64,000 nucleotides of DNA, from assembly GCA_963666275.2 (NCBI GenBank), contig CAXXOA010000001.1, positions 1,888,001 to 1,952,000 of the forward strand. Reading direction: 5' to 3'. The notes below the pieces were generated by a model. That model worked only from the letters and a program-made list of their open reading frames with translations. It made no database searches and had not been told where the DNA came from. The translations under genes and the position numbers were made by a program. Below are positions 1-8,856 of the stretch, piece after piece (position 1 is the stretch's first letter; the number at the start of each line of letters is the position of its first letter). The DNA comes from Oceanispirochaeta sp. Its GTDB lineage: Bacteria; Spirochaetota; Spirochaetia; DSM-2461.

Positions 1-117
1 ATTGATAACGGTTTTTACGTTTCAGGATCCGAAGGGATTGGCTATTATGCCATGCCCACGAGAGATGAACTGAAGAAACTGGATTATGACTGGGGAAAAT
101 CAGCTCTTATATTCTGA
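1..117 (+). CDS. 3' end of a gene truncated by the window edge (...IDNGFYVSGSEGIGYYAMPTRDELKKLDYDWGKSALIF*), function unknown
   Basis: Frame 1 is open from base 1 to TGA at 115-117 and is followed by a terminator-like hairpin. Confidence 0.55.
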   Translation: MDNGFYVSGSEGIGYYAMPTRDELKKLDYDWGKSALIF

Positions 118-142
118 TTTTGTCCTAAAATTCACTGATTCT

Positions 143-180
143 ACCCCTGACCGGTTCACGGTCGGGGGTTTATGTTTTAT
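143..180 (+). terminator. Probable intrinsic terminator
   Basis: Stem ACCCCTGACCG/CGGTCGGGGGT (143-169) followed by a T-rich tract. Confidence 0.65.
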
Positions 181-211
181 AAATGAAAAAAGGTCTGAAA
201 CAGGGGGAATA

Positions 212-1303
212 ATGGAAATTGAAAAAGAGCTTACCTATATCCGGAATATCCTGATTCTCATAATAGTCATTGCCGGTCTTTTCATAATGAAGACTCTCTC
301 GGGAATTCTGCTGCCCCTCATGCTTGCCATGCTCGTTTCTATTATCTATCTACCCCTGGTCATGTACCTGGAGGAAAAAAGAATACCCGGGAAGCTTATT
401 GTCCCTTTCATTGCCGTAGTCACCCTGGGTATCATCTATACGGTTGCCAATATTTTTATTTCAACCATAACAGATATTATCAGCCAGATGGATTTCCTGA
501 TCCAGCAGCTTACAAACAAGTTCCTTATGATAGGGGAGGCTGTTTCAAGGATTCCCTATCTGGGATGGGATTCTGAATACCTGAAAGATGGGATCACCTC
601 TCTTCTGAACCGGCAGAATATTACCTCTTCCGCGTCTTCTCTTCTGAAGGGTCTCGGAAACTTCGGTTCCTCCTTTCTTATGTTCACCCTCTATTTCCTT
701 TTTCTGCTTCCTGGATTATCCCGGTATCAGAGTTATGTCAGATTCGTAGGGGGAGACAACCTTTCACTTCAGGATGACATAGAAAAACTGCAGAAGAGTA
801 TTTCCACATACATGGGAATCAAGGTCATAATCAGTCTTATTACCGGTTCTATTGCCGGGCTGATCTGCAGTATCACAGGGCTGAAGTTTGCCTTTTTCTG
901 GGGATTTCTCACATTCGTTCTGAACTTTATCCCGTCAATAGGATCTCTGATTGCCACACTGGTTCCATCCCTGTTCGGACTGATCATGTTCGATACTCTG
1001 CACCAGTTTCTTCTGCTGTTTATACTTCTGGCTGTGAATCAGACCATAATAGGCAATTTTATTGACCCGAGAATTATGGGTAACCGTCTGCGTCTGAATA
1101 CGGTAACAGTACTCTTCGGACTGGTTTTCTGGGGTGTCATATGGGGTATCCCGGGAATGCTTATGTCTGTGCCTCTTATGGTAACGATCAAGCTTTTTCT
1201 TGAAAAATCTTCGACATGGAGCATATTCGCAAGGGTAATGGGCTACCCGGAGAATCCTGACAGGAATACAAAGAAAAATTGGTTTAAACTCCGAAAGCAA
1301 TGA
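212..1303 (+). CDS. AI-2E family transporter
   Basis: Multi-TM protein with FVLNFIPSIGS, PRIMG..L.L and FWG.IWGIPGM motifs. Start moved from 86 to ATG 212, which follows an AGGGGG SD. Confidence 0.85.
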   Translation: MEIEKELTYIRNILILIIVIAGLFIMKTLSGILLPLMLAMLVSIIYLPLVMYLEEKRIPGKLIVPFIAVVTLGIIYTVANIFISTITDIISQMDFLIQQLTNKFLMIGEAVSRIPYLGWDSEYLKDGITSLLNRQNITSSASSLLKGLGNFGSSFLMFTLYFLFLLPGLSRYQSYVRFVGGDNLSLQDDIEKLQKSISTYMGIKVIISLITGSIAGLICSITGLKFAFFWGFLTFVLNFIPSIGSLIATLVPSLFGLIMFDTLHQFLLLFILLAVNQTIIGNFIDPRIMGNRLRLNTVTVLFGLVFWGVIWGIPGMLMSVPLMVTIKLFLEKSSTWSIFARVMGYPENPDRNTKKNWFKLRKQ

Positions 1304-1365
1304 ATTGCCTTTATACGCAGAATTCTTTATAATTAGGCTCCAGAAAATGCATACGGGAGTATAAG

Positions 1366-2379
1366 ATGACTATCGATTCGCTCTTTGACAAGTTAAAGAA
1401 AATCAAATTCGGGGAAATGCCTGATAACAATCTGCGGGCATTGTGCGAACACTATTACCCAATCATCAAAGAGATTGAAGACCTGAAAAAGAAGACAGAC
1501 ACTGTAATACTGGCTCACTCCTATGTAAAATCCAATATTATCTACTCTGTTGCCGACTATGTGGGTGATTCCTATGAATTGAGTAAAAATGCCAGAGAGG
1601 CTGATCAGAAGAGGATCGTCTTTGCGGCAGTCAAATTCATGGGGGAAACAGCCAAGATTCTCAGCCCTGAGAAAGATGTTCTGATTCCCGGTACCGATCC
1701 GGCCTGTACTCTGGCAGACAGTATTACAGGCGAAGATGTTGCCAAACTCAAAAAAGAATACCCCGATTACGCATTTCTCTGCTATATAAACACCAATGCG
1801 GATGTCAAAGCCCAGTGCGATGCCTGTGTCACATCCTCCAATGTCTATGATATCGTAGAAAAATACCCCTCTGACAGGATCTTTTTTGTTCCCGATAAAC
1901 TGATGGGAAAAAATATCATTGAAGAAATGAAAAAACGGGGTGTAAAAAAAGATATCAAAATCTGGGATGGAACCTGTTATGTCCATGAAGAATACGATCC
2001 TGCCCTTATTGAAGCCCTCAGAATGAAGTACAGCGACCTGGAAGTTATGGTTCATCCCGAATGCAGTCCTGAAGTTCTCAGTCATGCGGATTTTGTCGGA
2101 AGCACATCTCAGCTTTACAAGCATATAGCTGAGAAAAAAGACGGACACTTTCTCATGCTCACAGAATGCGGACTCATTTCCAGAATTGAAGCGGAAATGC
2201 CTGAAAAAGGTTTTGTCGGTTCCTGTTCACTCTGTAAATATATGAAATCCAACACTCTTGAGGATATCCTGAGGGTTCTGAAAGATCCCAGAGAAGAGGA
2301 TTACATACAGATTGATAAAGAAACTAGAGAAAAAGCTCTTGTCAGTATCAACCGGATGTTTGAAATAGCCGAATCCTGA
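1366..2379 (+). CDS. nadA: Quinolinate synthase
   Basis: ILAHSY, GDSYELS, CTLAD, YINT, CYVH, HPEC and CKYMK motifs, including the three Fe-S cysteines. Confidence 0.95.
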   Translation: MTIDSLFDKLKKIKFGEMPDNNLRALCEHYYPIIKEIEDLKKKTDTVILAHSYVKSNIIYSVADYVGDSYELSKNAREADQKRIVFAAVKFMGETAKILSPEKDVLIPGTDPACTLADSITGEDVAKLKKEYPDYAFLCYINTNADVKAQCDACVTSSNVYDIVEKYPSDRIFFVPDKLMGKNIIEEMKKRGVKKDIKIWDGTCYVHEEYDPALIEALRMKYSDLEVMVHPECSPEVLSHADFVGSTSQLYKHIAEKKDGHFLMLTECGLISRIEAEMPEKGFVGSCSLCKYMKSNTLEDILRVLKDPREEDYIQIDKETREKALVSINRMFEIAES

Positions 2380-3253
2380 TCTTTCCGTTAATCATCAGAA
2401 CAGAAAAGACAGCTAAAGCGCCCCCCAGTGCGGTATGCCACTGGGGCTGTTCTCCCAGAAAAAACCAACTCAGAAGAAGAGCCAGAACAGGAACTACAAA
2501 TGTGTATGTACTGGCTCTGGCAGCTCCGATCTGTTTTGCCGCATAGAAATACATTCCCGCTCCCACGGCTCCTGCAGCAAAAGCCAGATACAGTATATTA
2601 AACCAGAATGAGATATCTCCAGAACGGCTGAATTCCAGCCAGTTTGATGGAAGAATACAGAAAGCGAAAAGACTGGCAATAAGATAGATCAGGCCGTTAA
2701 AGAGAAAAGGGTGAGCCTTTTTCTGGGCTCTCTGGCTGAAAAGAGTCAGGGAAGCCCAGCAGAGTGCTGCCAGCAGAAATACAATGTTACTGCCGTCCAG
2801 AAGAACCCCTCTCTGCCAGGTCCATGGTTCCATGAGAATCAACCCGCCGGTGCCACCGATCAGAAGAGCGAAAATCTGAGTTTTTGTGATTCTTTGCTTG
2901 TAGATAAGCGATGAGAGAAGAAAAGCAAAAATGGGATTTGTAGTCGTCACGATAACCCCGCCTTTTCCTGCCAGACTAGCACTGAGACCTTTTAAAAAAA
3001 GATAGTTGTAAATAAACAGCAGCACTGAGGCTGCCAGAATAGAAAGGATCGTGGCTCTATCAAAATCTTTTATGGAAGGAATCCATTTTATCATTAAAGG
3101 GAGAAACGCAATAAAACTGAAAATAAATCGCCAGAAGATAATGATAAAAGGATCAGCCTGTACAGAAAGAAGCCTTCCCGAAACCCAGCTTCCTGCCCAG
3201 AGCAGCATGGCAATGAGGATCATAACAAAGAAAAGGCTTTCTTTCTTATTCAT
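2348..3253 (-). CDS. DMT/EamA family transporter
   Basis: About 10 TM segments in two EamA repeats (W..SW, GAARAS...VP.LALL, LGE). The 3' end overlaps nadA by 32 bp. Confidence 0.88.
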   Translation of the reverse strand: MNKKESLFFVMILIAMLLWAGSWVSGRLLSVQADPFIIIFWRFIFSFIAFLPLMIKWIPSIKDFDRATILSILAASVLLFIYNYLFLKGLSASLAGKGGVIVTTTNPIFAFLLSSLIYKQRITKTQIFALLIGGTGGLILMEPWTWQRGVLLDGSNIVFLLAALCWASLTLFSQRAQKKAHPFLFNGLIYLIASLFAFCILPSNWLEFSRSGDISFWFNILYLAFAAGAVGAGMYFYAAKQIGAARASTYTFVVPVLALLLSWFFLGEQPQWHTALGGALAVFSVLMINGKIRIRLFQTSG

Positions 3254-3674
3254 GAGACAGTTTATCTTTCAGTCTGTTTAAAAGAGAGGAACTGTAATGC
3301 TCCCGCTTGTAGGGAGACAGACGTTTTATATGGACCTTCATGGAATTGGCATCAAGCCAGTTTTTAAGATTTTCCTCCAAAGCGGTCTGATCATGGCCCA
3401 GACAGATAAGATCGGGCTTTAGATCCTTGATAACAGAGTATGTTCCGATTTCCTTATCAGCCAGATAGGCGTTGTTCACCAGCGGATGATTCTGTATCAT
3501 CTGGAGTCTCTTATTCTCATTATGAATGGGTGTTTTATTTTTAAAGCTTTCCACGAAGGAATCCCTTGCAACGATCACAGTGAGGATTTTCCCGTGAGAA
3601 GCGGCTTTTTCAAGAAAATATTCATGCCCTGGATGTATGTTGTCAAATGTACCGAATACTACTACGTTTTTCAT
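3246..3674 (-). CDS. Cytidylyltransferase-family nucleotidyltransferase, RibL-type FAD synthase-like
   Basis: GTFDNIHPGH (HxGH), VIVARD and KPDLICLGHDQ motifs; 142 aa, single domain. Confidence 0.75.
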   Translation of the reverse strand: MKNVVVFGTFDNIHPGHEYFLEKAASHGKILTVIVARDSFVESFKNKTPIHNENKRLQMIQNHPLVNNAYLADKEIGTYSVIKDLKPDLICLGHDQTALEENLKNWLDANSMKVHIKRLSPYKREHYSSSLLNRLKDKLSHE

Positions 3675-3995
3675 TAAATTATATCCTATAGAATTGTGAA
3701 ATCTTAACAGAAAAAACCTATTTGAAAAAGGCCGATTCTGAAGGCACTTCGGGATTTTTAACAGGATTCAGAATTGTTTTAAAAAATAATCGTGAATTTT
3801 TTGTAGAGAAATAGAGGATTTCCCTAATCATTCTTCCTTTCAAATGAGCTATTTTGACCGCTTGTTCACAAATATATATAAAAATTTGGGGTTTATTGTT
3901 GAAAAATTGCTTTAATTATGACTGATCTGCCCTGTATTTGTATGGTTTGTGAAGATGAAGTGAAGGAATCGAGAAGGAGTCTCAATGTTCACTAT

Positions 3996-4024
3996 TTGCC
4001 AAAAGATGGTATGTAAGCTAATAT
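3996..4024 (+). promoter_or_regulatory. Putative sigma70 promoter of the TetR gene
   Basis: TTGCCA-17 nt-TAATAT, 43 nt upstream of the ATG. Confidence 0.45.
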
Positions 4025-4067
4025 TAAAAACATATTAAACAGCAAGTTCCATTTGGGAGGTTTTTAT

Positions 4068-4619
4068 ATGCAGGTTTTAAAAGAGTCAGTAAGACAGAGG
4101 ATAGTAACATCCGCCAGAAAAGAGTTCAGAAAAAAAAGTTTTGAAAAGGCTTCCATGAGAGCCATTGCTTCTTCAGCAGGAATGACTGTTGGGAATTTAT
4201 ATCGGTATTACAAAAACAAGGAAGATCTGTTCGGATCCATTATCGAACCACTGTACAAATCCCTTCAGGGGCTGAAAAAAGATCTTCAGACAGTAGAGGG
4301 AGATAAGATTTCCTGGCTTCTCACTCAGCTGAAAGAGCTGCAGAAAGAATACAGAATCGAATGGCTGATCCTCTCTGCAGGTTCACAGGGTTCAAAATAC
4401 GAGAAAGCCCTGGACAATGTCTATGCACTTCTGCAGACAACAATCAAAGAGGTTCTTACAGAGAATCACAAAGAATCCAAACTAGCTGCGCCTGTAGCAT
4501 CAGCGATTCTTCATGGTCTGAGAACGATCCTTCAGACAGAGAAAAAGAATTCTCCCGAAGTAGTTGATGAGTTCCTCCAGTTCATGATGTCGGATATGAT
4601 CAAAAGAGTCGCTTCCTGA
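4068..4619 (+). CDS. TetR/AcrR family transcriptional regulator
   Basis: HTH motif SMRAIASSAGMTVGNLYRYYKNKEDLF. GGGAGG SD precedes ATG 4068. Confidence 0.92.
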   Translation: MQVLKESVRQRIVTSARKEFRKKSFEKASMRAIASSAGMTVGNLYRYYKNKEDLFGSIIEPLYKSLQGLKKDLQTVEGDKISWLLTQLKELQKEYRIEWLILSAGSQGSKYEKALDNVYALLQTTIKEVLTENHKESKLAAPVASAILHGLRTILQTEKKNSPEVVDEFLQFMMSDMIKRVAS

Positions 4620-4647
4620 TTTCCTTGTCAATTACTTACTGTTTCTG

Positions 4648-4684
4648 TAACAGGCTGACTTTCGGGTCAGCCTGTTATTTTTTA
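4648..4684 (+). terminator. Intrinsic terminator between the convergent TetR and amidohydrolase genes
   Basis: 12-bp perfect stem TAACAGGCTGAC/GTCAGCCTGTTA followed by a T run. Confidence 0.8.
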
Positions 4685-5856
4685 TAAGCCACGGCACAGT
4701 GAAGAAAGGCTCCCATCCAGAGTACATTTTCATCCATATTGAAACAGGAGTGATGCAGAGGATAGGACGTCTCTTTTCCATTACTGCATCCCAGCCAGTA
4801 GAAAACACCGGGTATTTTCGAGAGATAATAGCTGAAATCCTCTGCCGTCATCCTGGGAGAACCCAGCTCGCTGACACCGATCTCATTACCGCTGTGAGAC
4901 TGCAGATAGCCTATCAGTTCATCAGAAAGATCTTTTGAGTTTATTACCGGGGGATATCCGGGTATAATTTTAACAGAAAACTCACATCCGTAGCGTTCAC
5001 AGAACATACGGGTTGTTATTTCAATCTCCTTCTGAATCTGCTGTCTCACGCTGTCAGAATAGGTTCTGATAGTTCCCGACAACTGGACTTCCTCGGCAAT
5101 GGCATTGGGCATATATCCGCCTTTTATGCTCCCCAGAGTAATCACGGAAGGATCAACGGGATCAATAAGACGGCTGACTATAAACTGAAAGGAGTTTATA
5201 ATCTGGGCGGCAATGGCAATGGGATCCACGGCCTGATGAGGAAGCCCGGCATGACCGCCTTTACCCTTTAATCTGATGTAAAAATCATCATTGGAGGCCA
5301 TAGCCCGGCCGTTATTTATCCCGACCTGTCCCGTGGGCAGGGTGGGATCGAGATGTATGGCGTAGATCTCCTTCACACCTTCAAGGATCCCTGTGTTCAT
5401 AAGAGGTTTGGCTCCTCCGGGGCCTTCCTCTCCTGGCTGAAAAACAAGAAAAATATCCCGGTCCGGTCTATCCTGACTCAGCAGTTCTGCAGCCCCCAGG
5501 AGCATGGTCATGTGACCGTCATGTCCACAGGCATGCATCCGATCTTCATACCGGGATCTAAAGCTGAAGGAATTCTTTTCAGGAATACTGAGGGCATCCA
5601 TATCAGCCCTTAAAGCCAGTGGAGCTCTGTTGCCGGGATTGCTTCCGGGAATGAAACCGATAACCGCATGTTCCACCTCACAGGGCAGTATTTCCACTCC
5701 CGTATGTTCCAGAACCTTCCTGATAAACCCAGCGGTCCGGGGCAGCTCCATTCCTATTTCAGGCTGGGCGTGAAGCTCTCTGCGCCACTCTATGAGCCGG
5801 GGATTGAGGTTTTTTGCAAGATACCTGATCCGGGATAAATCTTTCATAATTTCCAT
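4675..5856 (-). CDS. M20D family amidohydrolase
   Basis: RRELHAQPE, LRADMDAL, MHACGHDGH, FQPGEEG, GKGGHAG, EDFSYY and LHH motifs. Confidence 0.92.
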   Translation of the reverse strand: MEIMKDLSRIRYLAKNLNPRLIEWRRELHAQPEIGMELPRTAGFIRKVLEHTGVEILPCEVEHAVIGFIPGSNPGNRAPLALRADMDALSIPEKNSFSFRSRYEDRMHACGHDGHMTMLLGAAELLSQDRPDRDIFLVFQPGEEGPGGAKPLMNTGILEGVKEIYAIHLDPTLPTGQVGINNGRAMASNDDFYIRLKGKGGHAGLPHQAVDPIAIAAQIINSFQFIVSRLIDPVDPSVITLGSIKGGYMPNAIAEEVQLSGTIRTYSDSVRQQIQKEIEITTRMFCERYGCEFSVKIIPGYPPVINSKDLSDELIGYLQSHSGNEIGVSELGSPRMTAEDFSYYLSKIPGVFYWLGCSNGKETSYPLHHSCFNMDENVLWMGAFLHCAVAYKK

Positions 5857-5977
5857 TATAGATTTCCCGTCCTGAAGGCATCAATAGAGGAGGAAAAAAA
5901 ATCCTTTTATAGACACTGTTCGGATCAATATGATAATTTAGGATCTGGAAAAACTGCTTCCAAATGGAGAAAAGTAA

Positions 5978-6787
5978 ATGCTTCAGCAGATAATGATAGA
6001 GAGTAAAAAAGTCGTTATTAAGATTGGATCCAATACACTCTCTAGAGATGACGGCACCATTAATCAGGACTTCTTCAAAGACCTGGCCAGACAGATCGCA
6101 GATCTTCAGAACGACGGAAAACAGGTCGTCGTCGTTTCATCCGGGGCCAGGCTGGCCGGTTTGTCTACCCTTGGCAAATGGAAGCGCAAAGAGGATCTTC
6201 ACTACAAACAGGCTCTGTGTTCCATCGGGCAGGTAGAGCTTATGGACTCCTACCGTCGTGTTCTGAAAGAGTACGGAATCCATATCGGGCAGATCCTTGT
6301 CACCGGAGAAGATTTTTCCGATCCCCAGAGAACACTCCGCATCAGAAACACTCTTTTTACCCTCCTGGACGAAGGCGTGGTTCCCATCATCAATGAGAAC
6401 GACTCCGTCAGTGTTGATGAAATAGAACAGGAAGTTAAAATCGGAGACAATGATAACCTCTCAGCTCTGACAGCCAATCTCTGGAATGCTGATCTCCTGC
6501 TGACGATGAGTGATATCGACGGAGTCTTTAATAAGGACCCCAGCACAAACCCGGACGCCCAGCTCCTGGAAGTGGTATACGACTCGGATCAGGTGCTCAA
6601 TTCCATCGAAGTAGGTGAGAAGGGAGCCTTCGGCACCGGAGGGATTGTCACGAAAATTGATGCTGCCAGAAAGGTTAATGAGTACGGAATCCCCATGATT
6701 CTGGTTAACGGAAAGAAATCCGGAATAATCACCAGCCTCAAAAACGGGGACGCCAGAGGAACTGTTTTTCTGCCGGATCAGTCCTGA
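5978..6787 (+). CDS. proB: Glutamate 5-kinase (short form, no PUA domain)
   Basis: VVIKIGS, VSSGA, PIINEND, GDNDNLSA and FGTGGIVTKIDAA motifs. Confidence 0.93.
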   Translation: MLQQIMIESKKVVIKIGSNTLSRDDGTINQDFFKDLARQIADLQNDGKQVVVVSSGARLAGLSTLGKWKRKEDLHYKQALCSIGQVELMDSYRRVLKEYGIHIGQILVTGEDFSDPQRTLRIRNTLFTLLDEGVVPIINENDSVSVDEIEQEVKIGDNDNLSALTANLWNADLLLTMSDIDGVFNKDPSTNPDAQLLEVVYDSDQVLNSIEVGEKGAFGTGGIVTKIDAARKVNEYGIPMILVNGKKSGIITSLKNGDARGTVFLPDQS

Positions 6788-8856
6788 TCTCTGGGATTCC
6801 CGTTCTCATACTGAAGTTTATAGAGACTGAAATACAGCCCCTGTTTATCCAGAAGCTCCTCATGAGTTCCCTGCTCCACCAGTTCTCCCTGGGAGAGCAC
6901 CAGGATCCTGTCAGCTTTCTGAATTGTACTGATCCTGTGGGCGATCACCAGAGAAGTCCTGTCTTTCAGAACCTGATCTATGGCGTTCTGAACAAGTTTT
7001 TCTGTTTCTGAATCGATATTGGCTGTAGCTTCGTCCAGGATCACAACTTTCGGATCATGGACAAGAATCCTGGCGAAAGCAATAAGCTGCCTCTGACCGG
7101 CCGAAAGATTCGCCCCCCGTTCCTGCACATGCGATTCGTACCCCTTGTCCATCTGCTGGATAAACGAGTCTGCCTGCACCCTTCTGGAGGCTTCCAGTAC
7201 CCGTTCAAAGGGGACTTCCAGACCGAGAGTAATATTTTCAAGTACTGTTCCCGAAAAGAGAAAAACATCCTGCTGCACAGCCTGAACTGTATTTCTTAAA
7301 TCCTGAAGAGGGATGTCCGTAATATTCCTGTTATCCAGTAGGATCTCCCCGGACTGAATGTCCCAGAGTCTGGCAGCCAGGGAGGCAATCGTTGTTTTAC
7401 CCGCGCCGGTGTATCCTACAATGGCCGCGGTTTCACCGGCCTTAACGCTGAATGAGAGATCCTTTAAAACATAGTCCTCTTTTTTGTAGGCAAAGCGGAC
7501 ATTCCTGAAATCAATTTTACCCTCTCCGTAGGAACCGGAAGGTAGAGATCCCCTATCGGGAATGGAATAATCCTCATCAAGCAGCTGGAAAATCCTCTCG
7601 CCCCCGGCCATGGCGGACTGCATAATCGTGAATTTCTCACTCAAATCCATAACGGGGCGGTAGAATTTCTGAATCAGGTCAATAAATGCGATCAGGACTC
7701 CCAGGGTGAGAATCCCCCGGTTGAACATACCCGCACCGGCATAGATTACAACTCCCAGAGAAACAGAGGTGAACATATCCACAAGGGGACGGAAAACGGC
7801 AAAAACATACATCTCATTCAGACTGGCCTTCAAAAGGTTCCTGTTGTTGTCCCTGAAATTCTTTTTTGTATTTCCTTCCTGTCCGAAGATCTGGATAACC
7901 TCCATGCCTGTTAGATGCTCGGAAATAAATCCATTGACTTTTCCAATCCAGAATCGCTGTTTTCTGTAGGCCGTTCTGGCAAGTCTGCGGAACACTCCCG
8001 TCATAATCAGAACAGGAGGAGTTGTGATTATCGTAATAAGAGCGAGTCGGGGATTCAATATGTAAAGGGTCACAAGCACACCTGCCATGATTGTCAGATC
8101 TTTTAGAACCGAGATCGTCACGGATGTGAAAAATTCATTGATCGTCTCCACATCGCTTGTAATCCTTGACACCAGAGTGCCCACAGGTGTATCTCCCAGA
8201 TACCCCAGAGACTGCTTCATTGTATGTGAAAGCATGCGGACTCTCAGATTTTTCATAACCCCCTGACTGGTCCAGGCCATATTGTACATCTGAACAAAGG
8301 AAAAAATAAGAATAAGGCAGAGGAGGGCAAAATAGACAAGTGAGTTCTTTTTAAGCCCCTCCAGATCCTCAGTTCTCAGGGTTCTGTAAATATCCCGATC
8401 CAGAGTCTCCAGATCATTTTTCGACAGGGCTCCCCGGGAAGAGTCATCCATCACAGCAGGTGATAAACCTGAAGAGCTCAGAAGGGATGAGACCTCTTCG
8501 GTTAATCTGAAAACAAGCCAGGGGCCCCGGTCGGAATCTTTTAAGTCCAAAGAGGGGAGTTCACTGGTCAGAACATAGAGATCTTCTCCGGACTGATAGA
8601 GAAGGCCTTCCTTCTCTATATAAAGATCGGCGCCGACAGCGGAGGCTTGTCCGGGCAGGTATGACCAGTCTGAGATCACATACCTGTCAATGGTTCGCTG
8701 CATCAGCACAGGCAGTATCAGTTCAAAGGCTGTGGAAAAAACAAGAGCTGCCATAGCTGCCAGAAACCATATTTTGTAATTCCCAGCAATAGAGAACAGT
8801 TTCTTAACCACATGATGATTGTATTCACTCAGTTTGCTTTTATCTTCCTTACTCAT
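6778..8856 (-). CDS. ABC exporter, fused permease/ATPase (heterodimer subunit)
   Basis: TM domain plus GYTGAGKT, LSAGQRQL and ILDEAT motifs. Confidence 0.92.
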   Translation of the reverse strand: MSKEDKSKLSEYNHHVVKKLFSIAGNYKIWFLAAMAALVFSTAFELILPVLMQRTIDRYVISDWSYLPGQASAVGADLYIEKEGLLYQSGEDLYVLTSELPSLDLKDSDRGPWLVFRLTEEVSSLLSSSGLSPAVMDDSSRGALSKNDLETLDRDIYRTLRTEDLEGLKKNSLVYFALLCLILIFSFVQMYNMAWTSQGVMKNLRVRMLSHTMKQSLGYLGDTPVGTLVSRITSDVETINEFFTSVTISVLKDLTIMAGVLVTLYILNPRLALITIITTPPVLIMTGVFRRLARTAYRKQRFWIGKVNGFISEHLTGMEVIQIFGQEGNTKKNFRDNNRNLLKASLNEMYVFAVFRPLVDMFTSVSLGVVIYAGAGMFNRGILTLGVLIAFIDLIQKFYRPVMDLSEKFTIMQSAMAGGERIFQLLDEDYSIPDRGSLPSGSYGEGKIDFRNVRFAYKKEDYVLKDLSFSVKAGETAAIVGYTGAGKTTIASLAARLWDIQSGEILLDNRNITDIPLQDLRNTVQAVQQDVFLFSGTVLENITLGLEVPFERVLEASRRVQADSFIQQMDKGYESHVQERGANLSAGQRQLIAFARILVHDPKVVILDEATANIDSETEKLVQNAIDQVLKDRTSLVIAHRISTIQKADRILVLSQGELVEQGTHEELLDKQGLYFSLYKLQYENGNPRDQD

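Noticed and set aside
3985..4038. 17-aa ORF MFTICQKMVCKLILKTY with an AAGGAG SD, and an overlapping 32-aa ORF at 3918
   Set aside because: It overlaps the predicted TetR promoter and the SD-like bases lie inside a probable operator palindrome. There is no supporting context.
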